Source: Nitrososphaerota archaeon
GTDB taxonomy: Archaea; Thermoproteota; Nitrososphaeria_A; Caldarchaeales; Calditenuaceae
Assembly (NCBI GenBank): GCA_038845265.1
Contig: JAWBQR010000003.1
Span: forward strand, 89,337-153,336
Direction of reading: 5' to 3'
DNA length: 64,000 nt
Within the stretch, counting starts at the first letter, position 1; every line of letters begins with the position of its first letter. Below the pieces are notes generated by a model that was not told where the DNA came from, did no database searches, and worked only from the letters and a program-made list of their open reading frames with translations. Made by a program: the position numbers and the translations under genes. Shown piece after piece: positions 8,264-17,673 of this stretch.

Positions 8264-9877
8264 TTCTCTGAGAGTATCCTCTATGCTTAATAACTTGTCA
8301 TAAGCGTATCTCAAGTCTTTTCTGAATGAATCATATATCTTCTTGTAGCTTTGCTGGCTTAATTCACCTTTCTGAAAATCTGTATAATTCCTCAGAATTA
8401 CTCTCAATGCCTCACTAAGCACACCTAACGATGAGTTTATCTCCTTTGTTGTTTCCTGTATCTCGATTGTTTTTTCCTCTAGTTTTTCAATCGAGTTTAT
8501 AACTTCATCAGCAATTCTGCGCACAACGTGTACCTTATCAGTCATAACTTGCGGTCTCGTCTTTACAGCCGTGGGGGATAACCCATTCTCGATCTCCAGT
8601 AATATTGATCTCAACTTTTGTAATTCTTGTATAGCTTTTGAAATTGTCTGTAAATCCTTTTGACTTATTATCTTAGTCCGCGGAAACTTACCGCGGATTA
8701 CCTGCAATACGATGGCACTTAATATTATGACTACAAAGCCTCCGCCTATGATCCAAGAGGCAAGAGAAGCTGAGCTAGACGACTTGACCAATGGAAGAGT
8801 GATGTAATTGTTTTGATAGATATTTAGTTCTCTGCTCTCGATTCTTGCGATAGCTGCTCCAGCCTCGTCGTGATGATATTCAGCAACATTTGCATTTGTC
8901 ATATCAACTTCGTATCCGGCTGGAAGAATTACAGAAATACTCAATGAACCGACTGTTGCATTTATTGGTGTGAAGAGTAATATCTTCACTTCATCGTCAT
9001 TTATGTACATTGTTTCTGGTGTCTGGCATTTTGCCAAAATTGTGAATGTGTATCTCCACGAGTTTTGGAGGGCATATCGTGACTGTTCAAGATTGACAGT
9101 GAGTATATTTTTTTCTTTGCTCCATGAGTAGGACAGCTTACCTAGAGTGTCTCTTACTTCCTTTACTTCAATTCCATTGGGAAAATTTAGGTCCAACTGT
9201 CTCAGCAAGCTATTAGCTTGGTTCTTTATCCTCATCGTTATGACTATAATTGATTCTGAAGGCTCATAAGTCATGTCAAGACTTTCAACATGAATTAGAG
9301 ATATTCCACTCGAGATTAGCCTAATTCTTATCGGATCTGGAATCGTATCACCAGAAATCGTGATGTTGTTTTTCTCTAATCCACGATTAGTTAGTGTCCA
9401 GTCTGAGGGGGCACCCGGATATCTAACGTAACTCGTTGATGAGAAGAGTATATTTGCATGGACAGTCTGTCCCTGAATTAAGGGCTCAGCATTTATGACT
9501 AACTCGTAGTTATTTCCTCCCGCATCATATATTAATTCTCTATAAATTGCTGTAATTATCAAATCCGTCGACTTGGGGTTTATCTCATAAATGTATAGTC
9601 CCGACGGTGACTTTTCTATGAATTTGCTTTCCCCGCCATTAACTACGAGTTGAACAAGTCGGTTATGCATCTCTTCAACTATTCCAAACCTAAAGCTATC
9701 ATCCGCTCCGTGAATCTTATCTACCACATATACCAGGCCACCGTTCTCCGGAATGATAGTCCTATCAACCATAAGAACATTTTCCGGCCTAGCAGAGATA
9801 GGCATCAAGAAGATTAGCAATACCGCCAAGACCACGATGATCGGAATCCTCAATTTCTTATCCAAAGCTATAATCAT
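8249..9877 (-). CDS. Ribophorin I (OST1/RPN1)-like type I membrane protein
   Basis: Signal peptide, large extracellular region with VDRTII, VRDTLGKLS, RYALQNSWRYTFTI and VILPAG segments resembling RPN1 motifs, one TM helix, helical cytoplasmic tail. Confidence 0.65.
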   Translation of the reverse strand: MIIALDKKLRIPIIVVLAVLLIFLMPISARPENVLMVDRTIIPENGGLVYVVDKIHGADDSFRFGIVEEMHNRLVQLVVNGGESKFIEKSPSGLYIYEINPKSTDLIITAIYRELIYDAGGNNYELVINAEPLIQGQTVHANILFSSTSYVRYPGAPSDWTLTNRGLEKNNITISGDTIPDPIRIRLISSGISLIHVESLDMTYEPSESIIVITMRIKNQANSLLRQLDLNFPNGIEVKEVRDTLGKLSYSWSKEKNILTVNLEQSRYALQNSWRYTFTILAKCQTPETMYINDDEVKILLFTPINATVGSLSISVILPAGYEVDMTNANVAEYHHDEAGAAIARIESRELNIYQNNYITLPLVKSSSSASLASWIIGGGFVVIILSAIVLQVIRGKFPRTKIISQKDLQTISKAIQELQKLRSILLEIENGLSPTAVKTRPQVMTDKVHVVRRIADEVINSIEKLEEKTIEIQETTKEINSSLGVLSEALRVILRNYTDFQKGELSQQSYKKIYDSFRKDLRYAYDKLLSIEDTLRELCQK

Positions 9878-9974
9878 CTAGAATAAAGAGATATTCTATT
9901 GTCGTTTAGAAAAGCCTCCTTTCATTATTCAAAGATATAGGGCGTTGTGATGACCTAAAGAAATGATTTTCATA

Positions 9975-11138
9975 TTAATATGTTTCTGCCAGCCTCTCAA
10001 TTATCTCGACTCCATATGGATATCTCATTGCTAATTCCTTCGACATTATTATCTGCCTCTCTATCCTATCAAGCGCCGTCCTTGCGGCTAGGTCCGGCGT
10101 CCATCCCTCGCCAACCCCGACAAATTGGTATTTATCAGTCTTCAACCGAGCTCTACAATGAATTAAGTGGCGCTCGCCATGTTTCTCCTTATGCTCCTTA
10201 AAATGTAGTGTGAGTACACCTTTACCTATAGTCTTCCTTAGCCTATTTATGAAACGCCTAGACATGAGCGACACTCGTTCTTTTGACGATGTGTCAATGC
10301 TTCCCAGCTTATAGATTACTTGGACATCAATATCCTCAACAAATTGAGAACCAAGTCTTGCTATCGGCGCCAGTATATCGATCAAAGTTAATATTCCGAC
10401 TACCTTTCGATCCTCAACGACGACAAGACTACTGATATCGTACTGCTCCATTCTATCTAAGGCTCTCTGAACTGGCTCCCATGGATACGCCGTATGAACG
10501 GGGACAGTCATAATGTCTCTGACCCTATTACTTAACGTTCTTATTTTTTCACCCATCATGTCTCCTATACTTGATTTTTCTCTCGGAAGTATTATCTTAG
10601 TAATTAAATCATGAAGAGTTAGAATGCCTCTAAGCTCACCATTCTCGACTACTGGGAGCCTCGAGACGCCCATATCACGCATAACACTAACAGCCTTTCC
10701 TATCGTATCATCCACATTTATGACCACCGGGTCTCTAGTCATGACCTCTCTCACCTTAATCCCACGGAGAAACCTACTGCAAGAAGACACAACATCTCTG
10801 ACCGTCAGTATTCCTACCACTTTCTCGTCCTGTAGTACCGGAATGGCTTTAAGGCTATTTTCAATCATGAGTCTCGCAGCCTTACATACATTATCATCTG
10901 GGCTCAGCTTAGGGGGTCTTAAGGCAACCGAGGCTGCCTTAACGACAAGCGGGTTTAGACGAGGCTTCAGAAGAACCCTCTCAGTAATTATCCCAAAAAA
11001 TTTCTCTCCCTCAACAACTACTATTAATGGAGGATGCTCAGTCTCAAAGACACCCTTCGCCCTTGTTAGAGACTCATCGGCAGCTATCGTGACAAATGAC
11101 GACGACATATAATCCTTAACTAAAGGCAGCTCTGACAT
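9975..11138 (-). CDS. Four-CBS-domain protein with C-terminal HPF/RaiA-like domain (candidate ribosome hibernation factor)
   Basis: Two CBS pairs (VKDYMS, VREVMTRDPV, VRDIMTVPV; xLPVV...GILT); C-terminus HCRARLKT...FVGVGEGWTPDLAARTALDRIERQI resembles HPF fold. Confidence 0.75.
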   Translation of the reverse strand: MSELPLVKDYMSSSFVTIAADESLTRAKGVFETEHPPLIVVVEGEKFFGIITERVLLKPRLNPLVVKAASVALRPPKLSPDDNVCKAARLMIENSLKAIPVLQDEKVVGILTVRDVVSSCSRFLRGIKVREVMTRDPVVINVDDTIGKAVSVMRDMGVSRLPVVENGELRGILTLHDLITKIILPREKSSIGDMMGEKIRTLSNRVRDIMTVPVHTAYPWEPVQRALDRMEQYDISSLVVVEDRKVVGILTLIDILAPIARLGSQFVEDIDVQVIYKLGSIDTSSKERVSLMSRRFINRLRKTIGKGVLTLHFKEHKEKHGERHLIHCRARLKTDKYQFVGVGEGWTPDLAARTALDRIERQIIMSKELAMRYPYGVEIIERLAETY

Positions 11139-11259
11139 AGTTAGCTCTGATAGTAATAATGCGCGGCGTGAGATTTAAGCTATTTTATTCGAGCCGCCCA
11201 TCCAATATTCTTATCCGAGTCAACGCTTTATACTGGACGATTAAAGAATTAGAGATGAA

Positions 11260-12150
11260 ATGAGTGGCGAACAGTTGATATACATAGATGGTGAGCTTGT
11301 TCAGCGATCAGATGCAAAGATTTCAGTACTGGACCACGGTCTACTCTACGGCGACGGCGTATTTGAGGGAATAAGATGCTATAATGGCGTAGTATTCAAG
11401 CTTAAGGAACATATTGACAGGCTTTACAGGTCTGCAAAAGTCATAAAGCTGGATATACCAATGACTAAGGAAGAGATGATTAAAGCCGTGATCGATACGC
11501 TGAAATCAAACGGCTTAAGAGACGCCTATATCAGGCTAATCGTGACTAGGGGTGTTGGAGACCTAGGACTCGACCCAAGAAAATGCTCAAAGCCATCAAT
11601 AATAATAATTGCAGAGAAGCTTGAGCCGATTCTTGGAAAAATTGCAAGAGAGAAAGGAGCAAGAGTAATCATTAGTTCTGTTCGCAGAGACCCGGTCTAT
11701 GGCACAAGCCACGAAGTTAAGAGCCTCAATTATCTTAACAGCATCCTAGCAAAGCTTGAAGCAATTAATGCCAATGCAGATGATGCAATCATGCTTGACT
11801 CAAGAGGGTTCGTATCTGAAGCCTCAGCCGCAAACCTCTTCATTGTTAAGGAAGGCACAATAATAACACCCCCAGTCACGGCCGGCATACTACCTGGAAT
11901 AACTAGAGCATTTGTGATGGAGCTTGCGAAATCTCTGGGAATAAGTGTTTATGAGAGAGACATAACTCCAGTAGAACTCATGACTGCTGATGAGGTTTTC
12001 CTGACAGGTACTGGCGCAGAGATCGTGCCAGTCACAGTGATTAATGGCATCAAAATTGGAGATGGTACACCCGGCAGGTTAACAAAATTACTGATCGACG
12101 AGTTTGATAAGAGAAAGAGTCTACCCTCAGAAGGTATACCAATCAGTTAG
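11260..12150 (+). CDS. ilvE: Branched-chain amino acid aminotransferase
   Basis: HGLLYGDGVFEGIR, KSLNYLNSILAK, ILPGITR, ADEVFLTGTGAEIVPV. Confidence 0.95.
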   Translation: MSGEQLIYIDGELVQRSDAKISVLDHGLLYGDGVFEGIRCYNGVVFKLKEHIDRLYRSAKVIKLDIPMTKEEMIKAVIDTLKSNGLRDAYIRLIVTRGVGDLGLDPRKCSKPSIIIIAEKLEPILGKIAREKGARVIISSVRRDPVYGTSHEVKSLNYLNSILAKLEAINANADDAIMLDSRGFVSEASAANLFIVKEGTIITPPVTAGILPGITRAFVMELAKSLGISVYERDITPVELMTADEVFLTGTGAEIVPVTVINGIKIGDGTPGRLTKLLIDEFDKRKSLPSEGIPIS

Positions 12151-12193
12151 ATAAAATATCACCAGTTGTTTTTCAGATTAATTAATTGGCTTT

Positions 12194-13399
12194 TTGCTAG
12201 AAGATGTAATGCGATTAAAAATTTATCATAAGGTTTGGATCACCGTAATTTTTATCTGGATATCAATCTACACAGTCAGGATAACTCTATCACCAGCCCT
12301 TCCATTTATAATTTCTGAATTCAAGCTTAGCTACACTGAGGCAGGAATAGCCGCTTCCGTCATATTCTATACCTATACATCTATGCAGTTTATTGCTGGC
12401 TTTCTAGGAGCTCGCTTCGGCAGAAAGAGACTTTTGATAATTGGGACCCTATTGAATGGTTTTGGTGGCTTCTTGACAGCAATTTCTAATAGCTTCTCAC
12501 AGCTTTTACTGGCAAGAATTCTCACAGGAATTGGTGCCGGACTAATCTTCAGTAACGATAGAGCAATTGTTGCTTCATACACTCCCATTGAGATGGCTGG
12601 AATGGGTCAGGGCTTATCTTTTTCAGGGGTGGGTATAGGAATGACTCTTGGAATACTCGTAGGTGGATTAATCACCGTCAATTTAGGATGGAGATGGGCC
12701 TTCATTGTCTTCTCTATTTTCGCAGCAATACCAATACTGATGGCGGCAACAATGTTTTCAGAACCAATTATAAATAAGAGCGAAGACTCCTCTTCTAGTT
12801 CAATCCGTCAATTATTTCATAACAAGGACTACTTAGCAGTTATATTTGGAGGATTCCCGGTTCAATATTCATTTTGGGTAATGGCAACATGGTTACCGAC
12901 AATATTGATTGAGTCAGGTCAAGCCGATGCAGCACTATCCTCAGGAATCACGGCGATATTAGGGATATCAGTACCATTTGGTTTAATAGTCCTCGGTAGG
13001 CTGGCAGACATGAGAGCTTTAAAAGGCGGCGATAGCAGAGCCATCCTAGTTTATAGTAGCTTGTCACTCTCTGCAGCAATACTTGGCATAACAATGCTTG
13101 TCATCTATAAAGCATACGTATTTCTGCTTGCTCCATTAATATTCCTTGCCAGCTTTCTGATATTCGGCATAGGCGCTGTACAGATGAGAATAGTTTCAAG
13201 AATTGTGGAAAATAAAAACTTGCTACCAATTGCCTTTGGATACTTGAACGGTGTTTCATTTTTGGCTCCAATTATTTCGCCATACGTAACTGGCTTTCTA
13301 AGAGACGTTACCGGAGACTTCACTTGGGGATTAGTGCTGTCATTCATGGCTCCCTTAGCTTCTTTTATCCTCTTCAGATATATATCTAAGAAAATTTAG
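12194..13399 (+). CDS. MFS transporter
   Basis: About 12 TM helices, motif A GFLGARFGRKR, ARILTGIGAG. Confidence 0.9.
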   Translation: MLEDVMRLKIYHKVWITVIFIWISIYTVRITLSPALPFIISEFKLSYTEAGIAASVIFYTYTSMQFIAGFLGARFGRKRLLIIGTLLNGFGGFLTAISNSFSQLLLARILTGIGAGLIFSNDRAIVASYTPIEMAGMGQGLSFSGVGIGMTLGILVGGLITVNLGWRWAFIVFSIFAAIPILMAATMFSEPIINKSEDSSSSSIRQLFHNKDYLAVIFGGFPVQYSFWVMATWLPTILIESGQADAALSSGITAILGISVPFGLIVLGRLADMRALKGGDSRAILVYSSLSLSAAILGITMLVIYKAYVFLLAPLIFLASFLIFGIGAVQMRIVSRIVENKNLLPIAFGYLNGVSFLAPIISPYVTGFLRDVTGDFTWGLVLSFMAPLASFILFRYISKKI

Positions 13400-13410
13400 T
13401 TGAGATTGTT

Positions 13411-14862
13411 CTATATACTGATTGATGAGTTTATGATGATCAGTATTGGATTAACAAATATGGCGAGGGTAGATATTAGGACGACAAGGATCATCATTGA
13501 TGCTAACATGCTTATAGGAGCCTCCGACAACTTCTTAGCCTCACCAAGTTGGAATGCATACATGAAAGCCCTTAAATAATAACCAGCCGTCAATGCAGTT
13601 GCAAGTATTGCTAAAAATGTGTAGAGTATTTGGTTAGCATCGATACCGCCCTTAAAAATCATCCATTCGCTGAAGAATCCAGCCAAAGGTGGTGTGCCTG
13701 CTATTGACAATCCACCTACTAAGAATGCCATAGACGTAAGAGGCAGCGCGCTGAAAAGCCCGCCCAGCTTTCTTATGTCTCTTTCACCCGTCACATGCAT
13801 AACTGAGCCGGCAGTCATGAAGAGGAGGGATTTTGCGAGCCCATGTGTAAATACATGCAATAATGCTCCTGAATAACCAGTCGACATCAGCGAGGAGAGC
13901 CCAAACACAATGTATCCAACTTGGCTCACAGAGCTGTAAGCGAGAATTCTCTTTATGTCAGTCTGGACTAGTGCCATTAGGCCTCCCCAAAACATCGTGA
14001 GTACCGATACGAAAAATATTCCAGGAGTCATTATTGAAAAAACACCTGGCATAAAACTGATTAGAAGTCGTGCTAATGCGTATACCCCTGTCTTTATCAT
14101 GACGCCGCTTAGAAGGACACTAATCGGCGTTGGCGCCTCAGCATGTGCATCCGGAAGCCAAGTATGTAATGGGAAGAGGGCCATCTTTACAGCCGCCCCG
14201 ATAAAAATGAGAATAGCAATGTAAAGAAGCTCCGGCCTGTATGTCTTCACGGCCATCGATAACACATCATACTCGACACTTCCATAAATTGCGTTCAGCC
14301 ACGCGATACCAGCTAAGAGAGACACTGCACCCACATGAGTCATGGCAAAGTATTTGAAGCCTATTATCCTAGCATTCCCAGTTCCCCAATACGCAATGAG
14401 GAAATAACTAGGAATAAGCATCAACTCCCAAAATATATAGAAGAGAAAAAGATTGGTAGATAGGACAACCCCAATCATGCCTGAGACGAATAACATTAGT
14501 AATGCATAATATGCTTCGATGTTATGTTCATGCTCCATGTATCTCCAAGAGTAAATACTCGCAAGAAAGCCAATGAGGGTGATGAGAAGAAGGAAGGGAT
14601 AAGAGAGCTGGTCTAGCCTCAGTGTAAATGTAAGCCCTAACTGTGGAATCCAGTCAAGAGATTCCCTAATCTCTCCTCCATTATAAATAGTTTGAAAATT
14701 AATCAGCGTCAAGATAAACGGAATTGCAAGGACAGTATGAGAAAATACTCCAGCAGTCTTCTTCTCAGTTAACTTACCGAATAAGTAAGCAAAAGGCGAG
14801 AGCCCAAGCGGTATGAAAAGGGACACCAGCAATGGAGGGGTGCCGGCCGGGACACTCATCAT
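13411..14862 (-). CDS. NuoM/MrpD-like proton-translocating subunit (stand-alone)
   Basis: FYIFWELMLIPSYFLI, KMALFPLHTWLPDAHAEAPTPISVLLSG, DIKRILAYSSVSQVG, GTPPLAGFFSE. Confidence 0.9.
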   Translation of the reverse strand: MMSVPAGTPPLLVSLFIPLGLSPFAYLFGKLTEKKTAGVFSHTVLAIPFILTLINFQTIYNGGEIRESLDWIPQLGLTFTLRLDQLSYPFLLLITLIGFLASIYSWRYMEHEHNIEAYYALLMLFVSGMIGVVLSTNLFLFYIFWELMLIPSYFLIAYWGTGNARIIGFKYFAMTHVGAVSLLAGIAWLNAIYGSVEYDVLSMAVKTYRPELLYIAILIFIGAAVKMALFPLHTWLPDAHAEAPTPISVLLSGVMIKTGVYALARLLISFMPGVFSIMTPGIFFVSVLTMFWGGLMALVQTDIKRILAYSSVSQVGYIVFGLSSLMSTGYSGALLHVFTHGLAKSLLFMTAGSVMHVTGERDIRKLGGLFSALPLTSMAFLVGGLSIAGTPPLAGFFSEWMIFKGGIDANQILYTFLAILATALTAGYYLRAFMYAFQLGEAKKLSEAPISMLASMMILVVLISTLAIFVNPILIIINSSISI

Positions 14863-14928
14863 TATTCATACGCTCTCCAGTAGGAGGATTATAAATAGAT
14901 AAGTCGGGCAGTAGCAATAGTAGAGTTA

Positions 14929-15495
14929 TCATAGCTGCGATAGGAGGACTTTATAGGCCTCTGCTAAACTCCTTATTCTTCTTATAAACTTGTTGGGCTC
15001 CACGTGCCTATTCCACGGCTGGTCTCTCAGGAGAAAGATTCTCCCGATGGATGATACCTCCAACGCCTGTATTGGTGAATCATCTATATAGACGTCGTAC
15101 AAGTAGCTGCTTTTTTTCTCTACTCCAATTAGAAGTCTCCTATACTTAATTCCATGCTTGTTTAGCCACTTGACTATGTATGGCCTATTTCTGTTAGGTC
15201 TCCCTGTGACTATATCTACGACGCCAATTTCATTAAGCTTATCTACGGCCTGAGCCACGTCTTGTTCTAATGGCTGAAGTTTCTCCCAATTGCTCCAAAC
15301 CTCATCAAATATCTCGGAAAATCTTTTCTCGTCTAGGCCGAGACGGCGCCAGAAATCCCACTCTGATATGTCTTCATAATTCAATTTAGGGTAGTTAGAG
15401 GCGTTCCATATCTGTATCCAAAGGCCCATAGAGTCTGATAAAACACCATCAAGGTCTATCGATATCCGCATTCCCAACCTAAACAATTGCGTCAT
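14929..15495 (-). CDS. HAD-superfamily 5'(3')-deoxyribonucleotidase-like phosphatase
   Basis: IDLDGV, VTGR, IDDSP, QPWNR motifs; true start may be a few codons downstream. Confidence 0.85.
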   Translation of the reverse strand: MTQLFRLGMRISIDLDGVLSDSMGLWIQIWNASNYPKLNYEDISEWDFWRRLGLDEKRFSEIFDEVWSNWEKLQPLEQDVAQAVDKLNEIGVVDIVTGRPNRNRPYIVKWLNKHGIKYRRLLIGVEKKSSYLYDVYIDDSPIQALEVSSIGRIFLLRDQPWNRHVEPNKFIRRIRSLAEAYKVLLSQL

Positions 15496-15542
15496 GGATA
15501 TCTATAAAGCATACGTATGAGTGGTTAAAATTTAGTAGGATC

Positions 15543-17141
15543 TTGCAGGAGAAGCCCATAATTGGTCGGGGTACCTGGATAGACAAGGTAGCAGCAAGAG
15601 TAATTGAAAGAGAGAAAGCACTCAATAGAAGCCTAGACCTCATTAGGACAGAAAGTGGTCTCGGAGCAAGCGGGATACCCCACATAGGAAGCATGGCTGA
15701 TGCTGTAAGGGCACACGCAATAACCTTAGCACTCAGAGACATGGGATACGACTCCGAACTAATGGCATTCAGCGATGATATGGATGGGCTGAGGAAAGTA
15801 CCAGCAGGAATGCCGGACTGGCTAAATGAATATCTACTAAAGCCAGTTAGCAGCATTCCGGATCCCTTCGGAAACTATGACTCATATGCTGACAGAATGA
15901 GCAGCATGCTAAGAGAAGCGCTAGACATCGCTGGTATAGAATATACACACAAGTCGGGAAGAGAACTCTACTCATCCGGAGAACTAGCAAGCATAATCCA
16001 TGAAATTCTGAAAAATGCATCAATAATAGGCGACAAGATTAAAGAGATAACTGGACAGGAGAAATTTCTAAGAATACTTCCATACTTCCCCATCTGTAAG
16101 AACTGTGGAAGAATATACACATCGGAGGCATATGGGTACGATGAGTCAAGACGCAAAGTAACTTATCGATGCGTCGGCATCGAGATGAGGGGAAAGTTCT
16201 TTGATGGCTGTGGATACGAAGGTGAAGCAGATATTACGAGGGCTGACGGAAAGCTTCCATGGAAAGTCGAGTTTGCTGCCCGTTGGAAACTGCTTGATAT
16301 TAGATTTGAGGCGTATGGAAAGGATATAGCCGACTCGGTCAAGATAAATGATTGGGTATCAAAACACATACTTAACTTTGACCCACCCATGCATGTCAAG
16401 TATGAAATGTTTCTAGACTCTCTTGGCAGAAAGATCTCTAAATCGACTGGAAATGTCTTTACGCCACAGATGTGGTTTAAGTACGCGACACCTCAGAGCC
16501 TAATATTGTTGATACTTAAGCGTTCAGTAGGTACTAGGCATATTTCTCCATTGACCATTCCTAGATTGATGGATGAATTGGACTATCTTGAAGATGTTTA
16601 TTTCAACAAAGTTAAGGTAAATGATAAGAAAGAAGAGGCCAAGCTTAAAGGGCTCTACGAATATTGCCATAACTTGAAGCCGCCAAAGAATCCAAGCATT
16701 CATATCCCATACCGATTGTTGATCGAGCTCGCACACTACTCTCCGGTTGGCTCTAAATTAGAATACATATTATCAAAACTCCAAAAATATGGATATAAGA
16801 TTGATGAAGATGTCAGAAAAAGAGTGATGTTTGCAATAAACTTCGTAGACGATTTTGGAGCTAAAGAACGACGAAAAACAAAAATCGAGCTCTCGGAGAA
16901 CGAGCGAAGAGTCATAAATGATGTCTTGGCAGCGCTAAAGGCCTCTAAGACTCCGGACGAGGTACAGGCCAGCATATTTGACTCGTGTAGAAGAAATGAT
17001 ATCAATCCGCCTGAAATTTTTAGAAAAATGTATATGATTTTATTTAACAGGCAGAGCGGACCGAGGCTGGGGACATATTTATTTGATGTTGGATATGAGA
17101 GGATAAAAGAGATTTTGAGCCCCTACTTGGAAAATAAATGA
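15543..17141 (+). CDS. lysS: Lysine--tRNA ligase, class I
   Basis: GASGIPHIGS, SDDMDGLRKVP, GKLPWKVEFAARW, FEAYGKD, KISKSTGN, SGPRLG. Confidence 0.97.
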   Translation: MQEKPIIGRGTWIDKVAARVIEREKALNRSLDLIRTESGLGASGIPHIGSMADAVRAHAITLALRDMGYDSELMAFSDDMDGLRKVPAGMPDWLNEYLLKPVSSIPDPFGNYDSYADRMSSMLREALDIAGIEYTHKSGRELYSSGELASIIHEILKNASIIGDKIKEITGQEKFLRILPYFPICKNCGRIYTSEAYGYDESRRKVTYRCVGIEMRGKFFDGCGYEGEADITRADGKLPWKVEFAARWKLLDIRFEAYGKDIADSVKINDWVSKHILNFDPPMHVKYEMFLDSLGRKISKSTGNVFTPQMWFKYATPQSLILLILKRSVGTRHISPLTIPRLMDELDYLEDVYFNKVKVNDKKEEAKLKGLYEYCHNLKPPKNPSIHIPYRLLIELAHYSPVGSKLEYILSKLQKYGYKIDEDVRKRVMFAINFVDDFGAKERRKTKIELSENERRVINDVLAALKASKTPDEVQASIFDSCRRNDINPPEIFRKMYMILFNRQSGPRLGTYLFDVGYERIKEILSPYLENK

Positions 17142-17215
17142 AAATAATATCTTTGAAATAGCTTTATTAGCTGCCATACGCTATTAATGTTACACATAAA
17201 GCGGTTGAAACGTGT

Positions 17216-17662
17216 TTGGAAAGATTAGATAAAATAGGAAACCTAACTCCTCACTCGAGGGGCATAAACCTAGTTGCAAAGGTTATATCCAAATCGGAGC
17301 CAAGATCTGTTGGAAGCCAATACGACCAAACGCAGCATCAATTATCAGACCTACTGATAGCAGATGATACAGGAGCGATATCTTTAGTGTTATGGGACGA
17401 AAACATACCTAAGGTGAATGCCGGAGACACCGTAAAGGTCTCAAATGCCTTTGTAAAGATATTCAGAGGAAAGATGCAGCTTAATCTGGGAAGGTATGGG
17501 AAGATAGAAATTTCAGATGAGCCTATAGGCGAAGTAAATACTGAGAACAACCTTTCTGAAAAAGAGAGCTTCCAGCAAGGCGGATTCAGAAGATTCAGTG
17601 GCCCAAGAAGAGGCGGAGAAAGAAGAGGCAGGCCTCAATTTAGATCAAGACAAGAAGAATAA
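17216..17662 (+). CDS. ssb: Single-stranded DNA-binding protein, crenarchaeal single-OB type
   Basis: IADDTGAISLVLW, MQLNLGRYG, VNTENNLSE and Gly/Arg-rich C-terminal tail. Confidence 0.9.
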   Translation: MERLDKIGNLTPHSRGINLVAKVISKSEPRSVGSQYDQTQHQLSDLLIADDTGAISLVLWDENIPKVNAGDTVKVSNAFVKIFRGKMQLNLGRYGKIEISDEPIGEVNTENNLSEKESFQQGGFRRFSGPRRGGERRGRPQFRSRQEE

Positions 17663-17673
17663 GAATACTGATA

